The position numbers were made by a program, and so were the translations under genes. 64,000 bases of DNA from Marinifilum sp. (GTDB taxonomy: Bacteria; Bacteroidota; Bacteroidia; Bacteroidales; CG2-30-32-10): contig DYDE01000004.1 in the NCBI GenBank assembly GCA_020718065.1, positions 9,012 to 73,011 on the forward strand. The letters run 5' to 3'. The notes beneath the pieces were generated by a model. The model did not search any database. It was not told the origin of the DNA and saw nothing but the letters and a program-made list of their open reading frames with translations. Below, piece by piece: positions 48,601 to 58,499 of this stretch; the first letter of the stretch is position 1, and every line of letters begins with the position of its first letter.

Positions 48601-48608
48601 TAACTTTG
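48601..48608 (+). promoter_or_regulatory. -7 box candidate TAACTTTG for the first M6 protease gene
   Basis: Matches TAnnTTTG, 31 nt upstream of the ATG at 48640. Confidence 0.35.
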
Positions 48609-48639
48609 CATATATAAATTAATTAAATTAGATACATTT

Positions 48640-50703
48640 ATGAATAAAAAAATAAAAACAACTTTATTAATATGTGCTATTGGGTTAGCTTTTTTTTTAC
48701 CACTGAATAAAACATACGCTGCCTACTTTAAATTTCTACCAGAAACAATTACCCAACCTAATGGAGAAACAATAAACTGTTTTGCAAGCGGTGATGAGTT
48801 TTTCAATTGGTTACATGATGCTGAAGGATATACTATTATTCAAAACGCTGAAAATGGGTATTATTATTACGGAACACAAGATGGTGACAATGTAAAACCA
48901 TCAGAATATCTTGTAAATATTGTTGATCCAGCTTCAGTTGGTTTAACAAAATGGACTAAAATATCTGCAACTTTATATTATAAAAATGTTGAAGAATACA
49001 ATAAATACATTGATAAATCTGTTAAAGCACCTCATACAGGAACGCTTAACAATATTGTTGTTTATATCCGATTTAGTGATCAAACAGAGTTTACTACAAT
49101 TAGACAAACATTTGACAATAAGTTCAACCCAGAAACGGGTAATTCTTTAAAATCTTATTATAAAGATGTTTCTTATAATCTATTCACAGTTAGTAGTTCT
49201 CATTATCCTACTTGTGCTTTAACAACTAACCTTTCTTATCAAGATGCAAATAGTAGAAATTATTATCGCCCTTACAATGCATCATCTAACACCATTGGTT
49301 ATCAAACCGAAGCTGAAAAAACATTAAGAGAACATACACTATTAAAAAATGCTGTCAACTTCATAGCTTCACAAGTCCCCACTGGTTTAAATATAGATGG
49401 CGATAATGATGGTAAGGTTGATAATGTTTGTTTTATAATTAGAGGTAGTCAAGGTGCTTGGGCTGATTTATTGTGGGCTCACCGTTGGGTACTTCATTCA
49501 CAAACTGTTTATATAAATTCAAAACGTGTTTATGATTATACCTTTCAGCCGGAAACTCAAAATGATTGGCAAACTCTTTGTCATGAAATGTTTCATGCTA
49601 TTGGTGCTCCCGATTTATATAGATACGTGAACACAAGTATTACACCTGTTGGCAATTGGGATTTAATGGAAAGCGGTTCAGGGCATATGGGTGCTTATAT
49701 GAAATGGAAATATTCAAATCATGAATGGATTACAGATATTCCAATGATAACAACTTCTGGCACTTATACCTTAAACCCACTTTCATCATCTACTAATAAT
49801 TGTTATAAAATTCCTTCTCCAAATTCTTCAACGGAGTTTTTTATTGTTGAATATAGAAGAAAAATCACAGGTACATTCGAGAATAATGTTCCAAATTCAG
49901 GTTTATTGGTTTATCGAATTAATACTAGTGCAAATGGCAATGCAAACGGTCCACCCGATGAGGTTTATATTTATAGACCAGGTGGTACACTTACAGTAAA
50001 CGGTTCTATAAATGCTGCTTCTTACCCTGCTAATGGGCTGACAGCAATAAACAATACAAGTAACCCGAGGTGTTTTTTAGCTAATAATGGAAATGGAGAT
50101 TTAAATATTTCTAATATTTCTACTGCTGGAGCAACTATTTCATTTTATGTAACACTTACAGGAATGTTAGCACCTGTTGCTGATTTTATGATTGGAGGTC
50201 CTACTACCATTAATGCTGGAGAATTTGTTGATTTTTATGATAATTCATCTAACAATCCAACTAGCTGGTCATGGACATTTAATGGTGGATCACCAAGTAA
50301 TTCAACTGCTCAGTATCCTTCAGGAATTACTTATTACAATTCTGGTAGTTATGATGTAACTCTAATAGCTACGAATCCCTTTGGATCTAACACTATTACA
50401 AAAACAAATTATATTAATGTAAATCCGGTTGGTATTAAATCATTTACAATTCAAAAATCAATTAATATATATCCAAATCCTGGAAAAGGTATTTTTAAAA
50501 TAGATTTAAGTACACCTGATGAAGAAATTATTACTACTTCAGTAACAAATCTATTAGGAACCAAAGTTTTCGAAACAATTTATAAAAAAAATGTTGGAAG
50601 ACTATCTTCAACTTTAGATTTATCTAATCAAAACAAAGGAATTTATTATATTACAATTCAATCTAATAAGGAAAATATTACAAAAAAAATAATAATTCAA
50701 TAA
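48640..50703 (+). CDS. M6 (immune inhibitor A-type) metalloprotease with PKD domain and T9SS C-terminal sorting domain
   Basis: Signal peptide, zinc site LCHEMFHAIGAPDLY (HExxH..G.PD.Y as in M6), PKD module (WSWTFNGGSPSNSTAQYPSGITYYNSGSYDVTL), CTD (INIYPNPGKGIFKI...KGIYYITIQSNKENITKKIIIQ). Confidence 0.8.
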   Translation: MNKKIKTTLLICAIGLAFFLPLNKTYAAYFKFLPETITQPNGETINCFASGDEFFNWLHDAEGYTIIQNAENGYYYYGTQDGDNVKPSEYLVNIVDPASVGLTKWTKISATLYYKNVEEYNKYIDKSVKAPHTGTLNNIVVYIRFSDQTEFTTIRQTFDNKFNPETGNSLKSYYKDVSYNLFTVSSSHYPTCALTTNLSYQDANSRNYYRPYNASSNTIGYQTEAEKTLREHTLLKNAVNFIASQVPTGLNIDGDNDGKVDNVCFIIRGSQGAWADLLWAHRWVLHSQTVYINSKRVYDYTFQPETQNDWQTLCHEMFHAIGAPDLYRYVNTSITPVGNWDLMESGSGHMGAYMKWKYSNHEWITDIPMITTSGTYTLNPLSSSTNNCYKIPSPNSSTEFFIVEYRRKITGTFENNVPNSGLLVYRINTSANGNANGPPDEVYIYRPGGTLTVNGSINAASYPANGLTAINNTSNPRCFLANNGNGDLNISNISTAGATISFYVTLTGMLAPVADFMIGGPTTINAGEFVDFYDNSSNNPTSWSWTFNGGSPSNSTAQYPSGITYYNSGSYDVTLIATNPFGSNTITKTNYINVNPVGIKSFTIQKSINIYPNPGKGIFKIDLSTPDEEIITTSVTNLLGTKVFETIYKKNVGRLSSTLDLSNQNKGIYYITIQSNKENITKKIIIQ

Positions 50704-50727
50704 TTCAAACAATTTGATATGATAGTA

Positions 50728-50759
50728 ATCCCATTTATTTAGAATAAATGGGATTTTTT
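50728..50759 (+). terminator. rho-independent terminator after M6 gene 1
   Basis: ATCCCATTTATT / TAG / AATAAATGGGAT followed by TTTTT. Confidence 0.8.
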
Positions 50760-50819
50760 ATAACTCTTTCTTTTTACCTTTACATTCAAGATTTGCTTTT
50801 TTATTATTAATTTAGTTAG

Positions 50820-50827
50820 TATATTTG
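50820..50827 (+). promoter_or_regulatory. -7 box candidate TATATTTG for M6 gene 2
   Basis: Matches TAnnTTTG, 29 nt upstream of the ATG at 50857. Confidence 0.35.
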
Positions 50828-50856
50828 TGTTTTAATAAATTTAAAACAATTACTAT

Positions 50857-52953
50857 ATGAAAAAAAATTATCCCATTTTATTATCAGTTTTTTTAGTCGT
50901 TAGTTTGCTTATTCTAACAAACTTTAGTTATGCTATTCCTGCAAAACCTGGTTACACACAATTTACTCAACCGGATGGCAGTACTTTAACTATAGGAGTG
51001 AGAGGTGATGAATATGTTCATTGGGCAGTTAGTGTTGATGGATATACTTTATTACCTAATGATTTTGGCACTTATGAATATGCAATGTTATCAAACGAAG
51101 GCAAAATGATACTTTCTGGAATTCAAGCAAATGAACCAGGAAATCGCAGTTTTACAGAAATCAGTTTTTTGAATACAATTAACACAGGTCTTTTTTATAC
51201 TATTGCTCAAGTTTCGGAAATAAAAGAAAAATGTCCGATTAAACCAAATTATGGTTCAAAAATTGGAGGTTTTCCAACTACTGGAACAAGGAAATTATTG
51301 TTGATTCTTGCAAATTTCAATAATACTACCACAACCAATACACAAGCTCAGTTTGATAACTATATGAATCAAGCCAATTATAATAGTATTGGTAGTTTTA
51401 AAGATTTTTATTTACAAAATTCATATAATCTTTTAACAATAAATACAACCGTTACTGTTTGGGTTACTGTTCCTAATACACATAACTATTATGGCCCACA
51501 AGCCAAATGGGCTGAATTTGTGAGAGATGCAGTTAATGCTGCTGATGCAGCAGGTGTTGATTTTACTCAATATGATAATGATGGTGATGGTGATGTAGAT
51601 GGTGTTGCAGTTGTACATCAAGGTAGAGGTCAGGAAGAGTCCGGTAGTACAAATGATATTTGGTCTCATAATTGGAATTTAGCATCTGGTGGTTTTCCAG
51701 GTTTCTATAAAGATGGTAAATTAATCAATGACTATACATGCCAACCCGAGAGAAATGGTGGATCTATGACAACAATTGGTGTTATGTGCCACGAATTTGG
51801 TCATAATTTAGGTTCACCTGATTTTTATGATACTGATTATAATACTGGTGGCTCATACATCGGAACTGGTAGTTGGGATGTAATGGCTGATGGTTCATGG
51901 AATGGTGGCGGTGCCAGACCTTGTCATCACAATGCATGGACAAAGGCACTTTATACTTGGACAACACCTACGCTAATTACAACTACCGGGACAAAAACAC
52001 TTAGAAAAGCGGATACCTATCAGGATGTTTTTAAGTTTATTACAGCTTCATCTAATGAATATTACTTAATGGAAAACAGACAACAAGTAGGTTTCGATCT
52101 TGGAATACCTGGACATGGAATGATAATATACCATGTTGATGGCAATTATATTACCTCTCACATGAGTGCCGTAAACGCTACCAATCATCAGGGAATGTAC
52201 CCTGTTTGTGCAAGTGCAACTGGAAATCCTCCATCTGTTTACGGAAGTATCAACTCAGGTGGTTGCTCTTATCCTGGAACAACCAGTAAAACTCAATTTA
52301 CAGATGCAACTACTCCTTGGGCAAAATCATGGGCAGGTGTAAACTCAAATACCCCAATTAACACTATTGCAGAAGCTTCTCAAATAATTACATTTAATGT
52401 AGCTGCTGTTGGCGGACTTGCACCTGTTGCAGACTTTATGACAGGCGGTAGCACAACAATCAATGCTGGACAATCTATAGATTTTTATGATAATTCTTCA
52501 AATAGTCCAACTTCTTGGTCATGGACATTTAATGGAGGAACTCCAGGATCTTCATCCGTTCAGTATCCTTCTGGTATAGTTTATAACACAGCAGGTAGTT
52601 ATGATGTTTCATTGACTTCTTCTAACCCCTATGGCTCTAACAGTGTTACAAAATCAAATTACATTACTGTAAACCCTGTTGGAATTACTAATTATTCTAT
52701 TGAAAACAATTTAAGTATTTATCCTAATCCTGGCAAAGATAAATTTATTCTTAGTATAGCTACTCCAAATGAAGAAGCAATTAGTATTAAAATAATAAAT
52801 CTTTTGGGAACAACTATTTATGACAATCAAATTTTAAAAAGCAATGATAAATATATGTTATCCTTAAACCTATCTGATCAAAACAAAGGCATTTATTATA
52901 TTATTGTTCAATCTAACAAAGAAAAAGTTGTAAGAAAGCTAGTTCTTCAATAA
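50857..52953 (+). CDS. M6 (immune inhibitor A-type) metalloprotease with PKD domain and T9SS C-terminal sorting domain
   Basis: Signal peptide, MCHEFGHNLGSPDFYD zinc motif, PKD module, CTD (LSIYPNPGKDKFIL...KGIYYIIVQSNKEKVVRKLVLQ). Confidence 0.85.
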   Translation: MKKNYPILLSVFLVVSLLILTNFSYAIPAKPGYTQFTQPDGSTLTIGVRGDEYVHWAVSVDGYTLLPNDFGTYEYAMLSNEGKMILSGIQANEPGNRSFTEISFLNTINTGLFYTIAQVSEIKEKCPIKPNYGSKIGGFPTTGTRKLLLILANFNNTTTTNTQAQFDNYMNQANYNSIGSFKDFYLQNSYNLLTINTTVTVWVTVPNTHNYYGPQAKWAEFVRDAVNAADAAGVDFTQYDNDGDGDVDGVAVVHQGRGQEESGSTNDIWSHNWNLASGGFPGFYKDGKLINDYTCQPERNGGSMTTIGVMCHEFGHNLGSPDFYDTDYNTGGSYIGTGSWDVMADGSWNGGGARPCHHNAWTKALYTWTTPTLITTTGTKTLRKADTYQDVFKFITASSNEYYLMENRQQVGFDLGIPGHGMIIYHVDGNYITSHMSAVNATNHQGMYPVCASATGNPPSVYGSINSGGCSYPGTTSKTQFTDATTPWAKSWAGVNSNTPINTIAEASQIITFNVAAVGGLAPVADFMTGGSTTINAGQSIDFYDNSSNSPTSWSWTFNGGTPGSSSVQYPSGIVYNTAGSYDVSLTSSNPYGSNSVTKSNYITVNPVGITNYSIENNLSIYPNPGKDKFILSIATPNEEAISIKIINLLGTTIYDNQILKSNDKYMLSLNLSDQNKGIYYIIVQSNKEKVVRKLVLQ

Positions 52954-52972
52954 TTTATTTAACATATTATTA

Positions 52973-53005
52973 ACACCCATTTAATTGAATAAATGGGTGT
53001 TTTTT
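52973..53005 (+). terminator. rho-independent terminator after M6 gene 2
   Basis: ACACCCATTTA / ATTGAA / TAAATGGGTGT followed by TTTTT. It shares the CCCATTTA..TAAATGGG core with the terminator at 50728. Confidence 0.8.
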
Positions 53006-53044
53006 ATTCATTTTAAATGATAAAAGTTTTTATAATTTTTATAA

Positions 53045-53052
53045 TACATTTG
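53045..53052 (+). promoter_or_regulatory. -7 box candidate TACATTTG for M6 gene 3
   Basis: Matches TAnnTTTG, 33 nt upstream of the ATG at 53086. It lies inside the longer tracked ORF, which argues for the 53086 start. Confidence 0.35.
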
Positions 53053-53085
53053 CCTATAATTCTAAAATTAAAACATCATTCTATA

Positions 53086-55182
53086 ATGAAAATTTTTAAG
53101 ACTATTTTATTAGTAACATTTTTATCATTTATTTCTAATAATATTATTGCAGTTACTGCAAAACCTGGCTATACACAATATACACAACCAGATGGAAGCG
53201 CTTTAACAATTGGAGTTAGAGGAGATGAATATATTCATTGGGCAGTGAGTATTGATGGATATACATTATTACCTAATGAAATGGGTACTTATGAATACGC
53301 ATTAGTATCAATTGAAGGAAAATTATTACCTTCTGGTATAAAGGCAAACAACCCGGAAAACAGAAGTTTTAAAGAACTTAGTTTTTTAAAAACCATTAAT
53401 ACCAGACTATTTTATTCATCTAAACAAGTTATTGAAATTAAAGAAAAATGCCCTATAAACAACCATTATGGTTCAAAAATGGGTGGATTCCCCACTACTG
53501 GTAATAATAAATTGCTATTAATTTTAGCTAACTTTAATAATACCACTACTACCTACACACAAGCTCAATTTGATAATTATATGAATCAAGCTAACTATAA
53601 TGGTATTGGAAGCTTTAAAGATTTTTATCTCCAAAACTCTTATAACCTCTTAAATGTTAACTCTATAGTTACAATATGGGTTACTGTTCCAAATACCCAT
53701 AATTATTATGGGCCAGAAGCTAAATGGGCTGAATTTGTGAGAGATGCTGTAAATGCAGCTGATGTTGCAGGTATAGATTTTTCTCAATTTGATAATGACA
53801 ATGATGGTGATGTAGATGGAGTTGCAGTTATTCACCAAGGTAGAGGACAAGAAGAATCTGGTAGTACCACAGATATTTGGTCTCACAACTTCAACCTGAC
53901 GAATGGAGGATTCTCAGGCATATATAAAGATGGAAAATTTGTAAATGACTATACTTGTCAACCCGAAAAGAATGGTTCTTCAATGTCAACCATTGGAGTT
54001 ATGTGTCATGAATTTGGTCACAATCTTGGAGCTCCTGATTTTTATGATACTGATTACAGCACAAATGGCAATTATACTGGTACTGGAAATTGGGATATTA
54101 TGGCTGGAGGATCATGGAATGGAGGAGGGGCTCACCCGGCAATGCACAATGCATGGACAAAAGAATTTTACAATTGGATTACTCCTACTGTTATTACTTC
54201 AAATGGGAATAACCATCAAATCAGAAATGCAGAAAACTTTCAAGATGCCTTTAAATTTTATACTCCTACATCAAGTGAGTATTACTTAATGGAAAATCGA
54301 CAACTTATTGGTTTTGATCAAGGGTTACCCGGACATGGCTTATTAATTTATCACGTTGATGGTAATTATATTAATTCGCATATGTTCTCAAATAACATAA
54401 ACACAGGAAGTCATCAAGGATTATATCCAGTTTGTTCCAATGCAAGTGGAAATCCTTCTGGAACGTATGGAAATATAAATTCTGGTGGATGCCCTTATCC
54501 TGGAAACTCTGGAAAAACTTCTTTTACCGATGCAACAACACCATGGGCTAAATCATGGGCTTTAGAAAACACTCTTACTCCTATAACCAATATCACTGAA
54601 TCAAACCAATTAATAACATTTAATGTTACTTTTAGTGGGAGCCTTCTTCCTGTTGTTGATTTTTCAACTGGAGGTTGGTATAATATAAACGAAGGGGGAT
54701 TTATTGACTTTTATGACAACTCTTTACACGATCCTACAAACTGGACTTGGACATTTGATGGTGGAACTCCATCTAATTCAACTATTCAACATCCTGCGCA
54801 TATAGTTTATAACAATGCAGGCAGTTACAATGTTACTTTAACTGCTAATAATCCATATGGTTCTGGTACCTTAACAAAAACAAACTATATCAATGTAAAT
54901 CCTGTTGGCATTAATACCTTTTCAGAAGTTAACAACATTAATATAACACCTAACCCTAACATTGGTATATTTACTTTAAGTATTAATTCTTCCCAAAAAG
55001 AAGAGCTAAACATTTCAATATGTAATATTCTTGGAATTGAAATATTTAAGACTACTATATATAAATCTCAGGAGAATCTAAACACTAATATTAATTTACC
55101 GTATATAACAAATGGATTATATTACATCTCTATTAATAGCCATGAAAAAGTTACAACAAAACAATTATTAATTTGTAAATAA
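53086..55182 (+). CDS. M6 (immune inhibitor A-type) metalloprotease with PKD domain and T9SS C-terminal sorting domain (close paralogue of 50857..52953)
   Basis: Signal peptide MKIFKTILLVTFLSFISNNIIA, MCHEFGHNLGAPDFYD, PKD module, CTD (INITPNPNIGIFTL...NGLYYISINSHEKVTTKQLLICK). Collinear with the preceding gene over its full length. Confidence 0.85.
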   Translation: MKIFKTILLVTFLSFISNNIIAVTAKPGYTQYTQPDGSALTIGVRGDEYIHWAVSIDGYTLLPNEMGTYEYALVSIEGKLLPSGIKANNPENRSFKELSFLKTINTRLFYSSKQVIEIKEKCPINNHYGSKMGGFPTTGNNKLLLILANFNNTTTTYTQAQFDNYMNQANYNGIGSFKDFYLQNSYNLLNVNSIVTIWVTVPNTHNYYGPEAKWAEFVRDAVNAADVAGIDFSQFDNDNDGDVDGVAVIHQGRGQEESGSTTDIWSHNFNLTNGGFSGIYKDGKFVNDYTCQPEKNGSSMSTIGVMCHEFGHNLGAPDFYDTDYSTNGNYTGTGNWDIMAGGSWNGGGAHPAMHNAWTKEFYNWITPTVITSNGNNHQIRNAENFQDAFKFYTPTSSEYYLMENRQLIGFDQGLPGHGLLIYHVDGNYINSHMFSNNINTGSHQGLYPVCSNASGNPSGTYGNINSGGCPYPGNSGKTSFTDATTPWAKSWALENTLTPITNITESNQLITFNVTFSGSLLPVVDFSTGGWYNINEGGFIDFYDNSLHDPTNWTWTFDGGTPSNSTIQHPAHIVYNNAGSYNVTLTANNPYGSGTLTKTNYINVNPVGINTFSEVNNINITPNPNIGIFTLSINSSQKEELNISICNILGIEIFKTTIYKSQENLNTNINLPYITNGLYYISINSHEKVTTKQLLICK

Positions 55183-55188
55183 AATAAT

Positions 55189-56805
55189 ATGAGAAAAACA
55201 CACACAATACTTTTCGTAATAACTTTTAGCTTTCTTTTTTTATTAAATACAAAAGCACAAATAAATGAAGGGGGTACACCTCCTAGTTTTATATTAAAAA
55301 ATCTTAATCAGTTACCTTTTGTAACAATGCCAAGTATTGATATAGCAAGACTAATAGCAGAAGATTCCATTAATGATTTAAATAAATCAATGCCTTATCG
55401 TTTTGGAGAAAACCTATTCACCAACTTAAATCCTAACAATTCTGGGATATGGGACATTTTGCAAGATGGTAGTAAACTTTGGAGATTAGGAATTATTTGT
55501 AAAGAAGCTTCATCAATTAATGTATGCTTTGATAAATACAAACTACCTAAAGGCGCAAAACTATTTATATATAACGAAGAAAAAAGTTTTATTATCGGAG
55601 CTTTTACTGAATATAACAATCAAGAAGATGGTATGTTTGCAACAACACTAATCCCTGGAGAATCTATAGTGATAGAATATTATGAACCAAAGGATGTTGT
55701 ATTTAAAGGCGAAATAAATCTTTGGAGAGTTTCGCATGCTTATAGAGGTCCTTATTCTAAAACAAAAAGTTTCGGTAGTTCAGGACCTTGTGAAAGAAAT
55801 GTTGTTTGTCCTGAAACAGCTGGATGGGAAAATCAAATTAAAAGCGTTTGTGCAATAATTGCTGGGGGAATTGAATTATGTTCAGGAACTTTAATTAATA
55901 ATACTTCAAGCAATGGAACGCCATATATTTTAACAGCTAACCATTGCTGGGAAGCTGCAATGAATCCTTCAAACTGGGTATTCTGGTTTAATTGGAAAAG
56001 CGCAACCTGTACAAATCCATCTACTAATCCACCACACCAAGATTTAAGTGGTGCTGTTTTAAAAGCAAAAAATGCAGAAACAGATTTTTGTCTTGTTCAA
56101 ATGAACAATACTCCACCAACGAATTATAATGTTTATTATGTTGGATGGAACCGTTCGACTACCCCTTCTACATCAGCATATTGCATTCACCACCCTTCTC
56201 TTGATATTATGAAGTTTTCACGATCTCTTGCTTTAAGAGATACGGTTGCTTATGGAAAAATATCTTGGAAAGCTCGATGGGCATATGGACAAGTTACAGA
56301 ACCCGGATCTTCAGGTTCTTCAATATTCGACCAAAATCATCTTTTAGTTGGTCAACTATATGGAGGCCCTTCTTCATGTGGTGCTGCTGCAACAGATATG
56401 TGGGATGCTTTTGGAAAATTTGATGTTTCATGGGAAGGAGCGGGAACTCAAGAAACTCGTTTAAAAGACTGGCTCGACCCTACCAATAGCAATCCAATAT
56501 CATTAGGTGGTTATGATCCTTTGGAAATATCTATGATTAATCAAAACAACAATTTAAATGTAAATATCTTTCCAAATCCCAATAATGGTTCTTTTACCTT
56601 AGAAATAAATTCAGAAAAAATTGATAATATTTCAATTAACATTATTAATATTATTGGGGTTTCTGTTTTTGAGTATAACAATATTATAGTTATAGATAAT
56701 TATATTGAAAATTTCGATCTTAGCTTTCTTCCAAATGGAGTATATTTTATAAAAGTTAACTGTTATAATAACTTTATAACTAAGAAAATAATTATTGAAA
56801 AATAA
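55189..56805 (+). CDS. S1-family (trypsin-fold, lysyl/glutamyl endopeptidase-like) serine protease with T9SS C-terminal sorting domain
   Basis: Signal peptide. Triad motifs ILTANHC (His), ETDFCLVQM (Asp), EPGSSGSSIFD (Ser). CTD is VNIFPNPNNGSFTLEI...NGVYFIKVNCYNNFITKKIIIEK. A 6-nt gap from the preceding gene implies co-transcription. Confidence 0.8.
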   Translation: MRKTHTILFVITFSFLFLLNTKAQINEGGTPPSFILKNLNQLPFVTMPSIDIARLIAEDSINDLNKSMPYRFGENLFTNLNPNNSGIWDILQDGSKLWRLGIICKEASSINVCFDKYKLPKGAKLFIYNEEKSFIIGAFTEYNNQEDGMFATTLIPGESIVIEYYEPKDVVFKGEINLWRVSHAYRGPYSKTKSFGSSGPCERNVVCPETAGWENQIKSVCAIIAGGIELCSGTLINNTSSNGTPYILTANHCWEAAMNPSNWVFWFNWKSATCTNPSTNPPHQDLSGAVLKAKNAETDFCLVQMNNTPPTNYNVYYVGWNRSTTPSTSAYCIHHPSLDIMKFSRSLALRDTVAYGKISWKARWAYGQVTEPGSSGSSIFDQNHLLVGQLYGGPSSCGAAATDMWDAFGKFDVSWEGAGTQETRLKDWLDPTNSNPISLGGYDPLEISMINQNNNLNVNIFPNPNNGSFTLEINSEKIDNISINIINIIGVSVFEYNNIIVIDNYIENFDLSFLPNGVYFIKVNCYNNFITKKIIIEK

Positions 56806-56825
56806 CATTTATTTCTTTTCAATTA

Positions 56826-56853
56826 AGCTCCAATTTATTGGGGCTTTTTTTTT
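56826..56853 (+). terminator. rho-independent terminator after the protease island
   Basis: AGCTCCAAT..ATTGGGGCT (one U-G pair) followed by T9. Confidence 0.6.
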
Positions 56854-56958
56854 AATAAAATGCAAAGTATAAAAAAAAAATTATCTTCTTTAAAATTAAA
56901 ATGATTATATGACGTTAAAATTCTGTAATATTGCAAGTTTTAGTTTAATTGTATTTGG

Positions 56959-57990
56959 ATGTCATTTAATAAAGACAGAGTAGCAGTCGTAATTTTAAAT
57001 TGGAACGGGAAAAAGTTTCTTGAGAAATTTTTACCTATCTGTATTCAACATAGCAAAAACGATGCTACTATCATTGTTGCAGACAACAAATCTTCTGACG
57101 ATTCTATCTCTTACCTTAGACAAAATTTTCCAGAAATAAGGATAATTGAAAATAATGAAAATGGTGGCTTTGCTAAAGGATATAACGATGCTTTATCACA
57201 AGTAGATGCAGAATATTATGTATTACTTAATTCTGATATTGAAGTAACTGAGAATTGGATAAACCCGATTATAGATTTAATGGACTCAGACCAAAATATT
57301 GCAGTGTGTCAACCAAAAATCAGATCATATAGCGAACGAACTAAGTTTGAGTATGCAGGAGCAGCTGGTGGGTTCATTGATAAGTACGGTTATCCATTTT
57401 GCAGAGGCAGATTATTCCAAACTCTTGAAGAGGACAAAGGACAATATAATGATATTGTTGATATTTTTTGGGCTACGGGTGCATGCATGTTTGTGAAAGC
57501 TTCTATTTATCATAAATTTGGCGGATTAGATAATGATTTTTTCGCACACATGGAGGAAATAGATTTTTGCTGGCGTCTTAAAAATAATGGATATAGAATT
57601 GTTTACTGTCCCGATTCAATGGTTTTTCATATTGGTGGCGGAACTTTACCCAAGATTAGTTCAAGAAAAACGTACCTGAATATTAGAAATAATTTTACTT
57701 TATTATATAAAAACTTACCTTCTAGTCAAATTTTTAAAGTGTTTTTAGTTCGCTTACCCCTTGATGGTATTGCTTCAATTAAATTTTTATACGATGGGGG
57801 TTTCAAAGATTTTTTTGCTGTAGCTAGAGCTCATTTCGCATTTTATCTTTCACTGCCAAAACATCATAAAAAACGAAAAATTATTCAACCCAAGAAGGTG
57901 AAAGGAATTTATAAAAGTAATTTGGTTATTGATTATTTTCTTAAAAAGAAAAGAACGTTTAATCAGCTTTCACAAAATAAATTTTCCTGA
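56959..57990 (+). CDS. family 2 glycosyltransferase
   Basis: VAVVILNWNG start, DNKSSDDS, GFAKGYN, LNSDIEV (DxD-like), and a typical GT2 (rhamnosyltransferase-like) layout. Confidence 0.8.
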   Translation: MSFNKDRVAVVILNWNGKKFLEKFLPICIQHSKNDATIIVADNKSSDDSISYLRQNFPEIRIIENNENGGFAKGYNDALSQVDAEYYVLLNSDIEVTENWINPIIDLMDSDQNIAVCQPKIRSYSERTKFEYAGAAGGFIDKYGYPFCRGRLFQTLEEDKGQYNDIVDIFWATGACMFVKASIYHKFGGLDNDFFAHMEEIDFCWRLKNNGYRIVYCPDSMVFHIGGGTLPKISSRKTYLNIRNNFTLLYKNLPSSQIFKVFLVRLPLDGIASIKFLYDGGFKDFFAVARAHFAFYLSLPKHHKKRKIIQPKKVKGIYKSNLVIDYFLKKKRTFNQLSQNKFS

Positions 57991-57997
57991 TATTCAT

Positions 57998-58420
57998 CTA
58001 AACAAGGTTTCTTAAGCTTTCAATTGATAGTCGATAACCATCTAAACCAAAACCAACAATTACACCTTTACATTTTGCCGATAATAAAGACGTTTTTCTG
58101 ATTTGTTCTCTTGCAAAAATATTGGAAATATGTACTTCAATTACTGGGGTTTTAATTGAAGTAATTGCATCTGCGATAGCAACAGAAGTATGAGAATAAC
58201 CACCTGCATTTAAAACAATACCATCAAATGCAAATCCAGTTTCGTGAATTTTATTGATAATTTCTCCTTCAATATTGCTTTGAAAATATGATATTTCAAT
58301 TTTAGGAAATAAAAGTATTAATTCCTTTAAATATTCATCAAATGAAACAGAGCCATATATTTCTCGTTCTCTTATTCCAATTAAGTTTAAATTAGGACCA
58401 TTAATTATTATAATTTTCAT
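57998..58420 (-). CDS. aroQ: type II 3-dehydroquinate dehydratase
   Basis: MKIIIINGPNLNLIGIREREIYG, FQSNIEGEII, NAGGYSHTSVAI, EVHISNI, 140 aa. Confidence 0.95.
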   Translation of the reverse strand: MKIIIINGPNLNLIGIREREIYGSVSFDEYLKELILLFPKIEISYFQSNIEGEIINKIHETGFAFDGIVLNAGGYSHTSVAIADAITSIKTPVIEVHISNIFAREQIRKTSLLSAKCKGVIVGFGLDGYRLSIESLRNLV

Positions 58421-58499
58421 TTATTATGATATATCCATCAGATTGCTAAAACAATAAAATAGTTAACAATTGAGAAATTTAAAATATAATCAAGAATTA

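Noticed and set aside
53017-53085. Extended N-terminus (MIKVFIIFIIHLP..) for the third M6 protease
   Set aside because: The candidate -7 box TACATTTG lies inside it. The paralogue in gene 2 starts with a signal peptide equivalent to the one at M24, so ATG 53086 is used. Similar trimming was applied at 1307, 17228 and 20667.
39506-55619. Small internal or antisense ORFs in the PorU-like, kinase, Tim44/TerB and protease genes
   Set aside because: These include 39506..39691, 41869..42081, 43205..43456, 44505..45320, 46678..47003, 47854..48120, 51433..51967, 53650..54289 and 55395..55619. All are embedded in longer ORFs with clear domain signatures and have no independent support.
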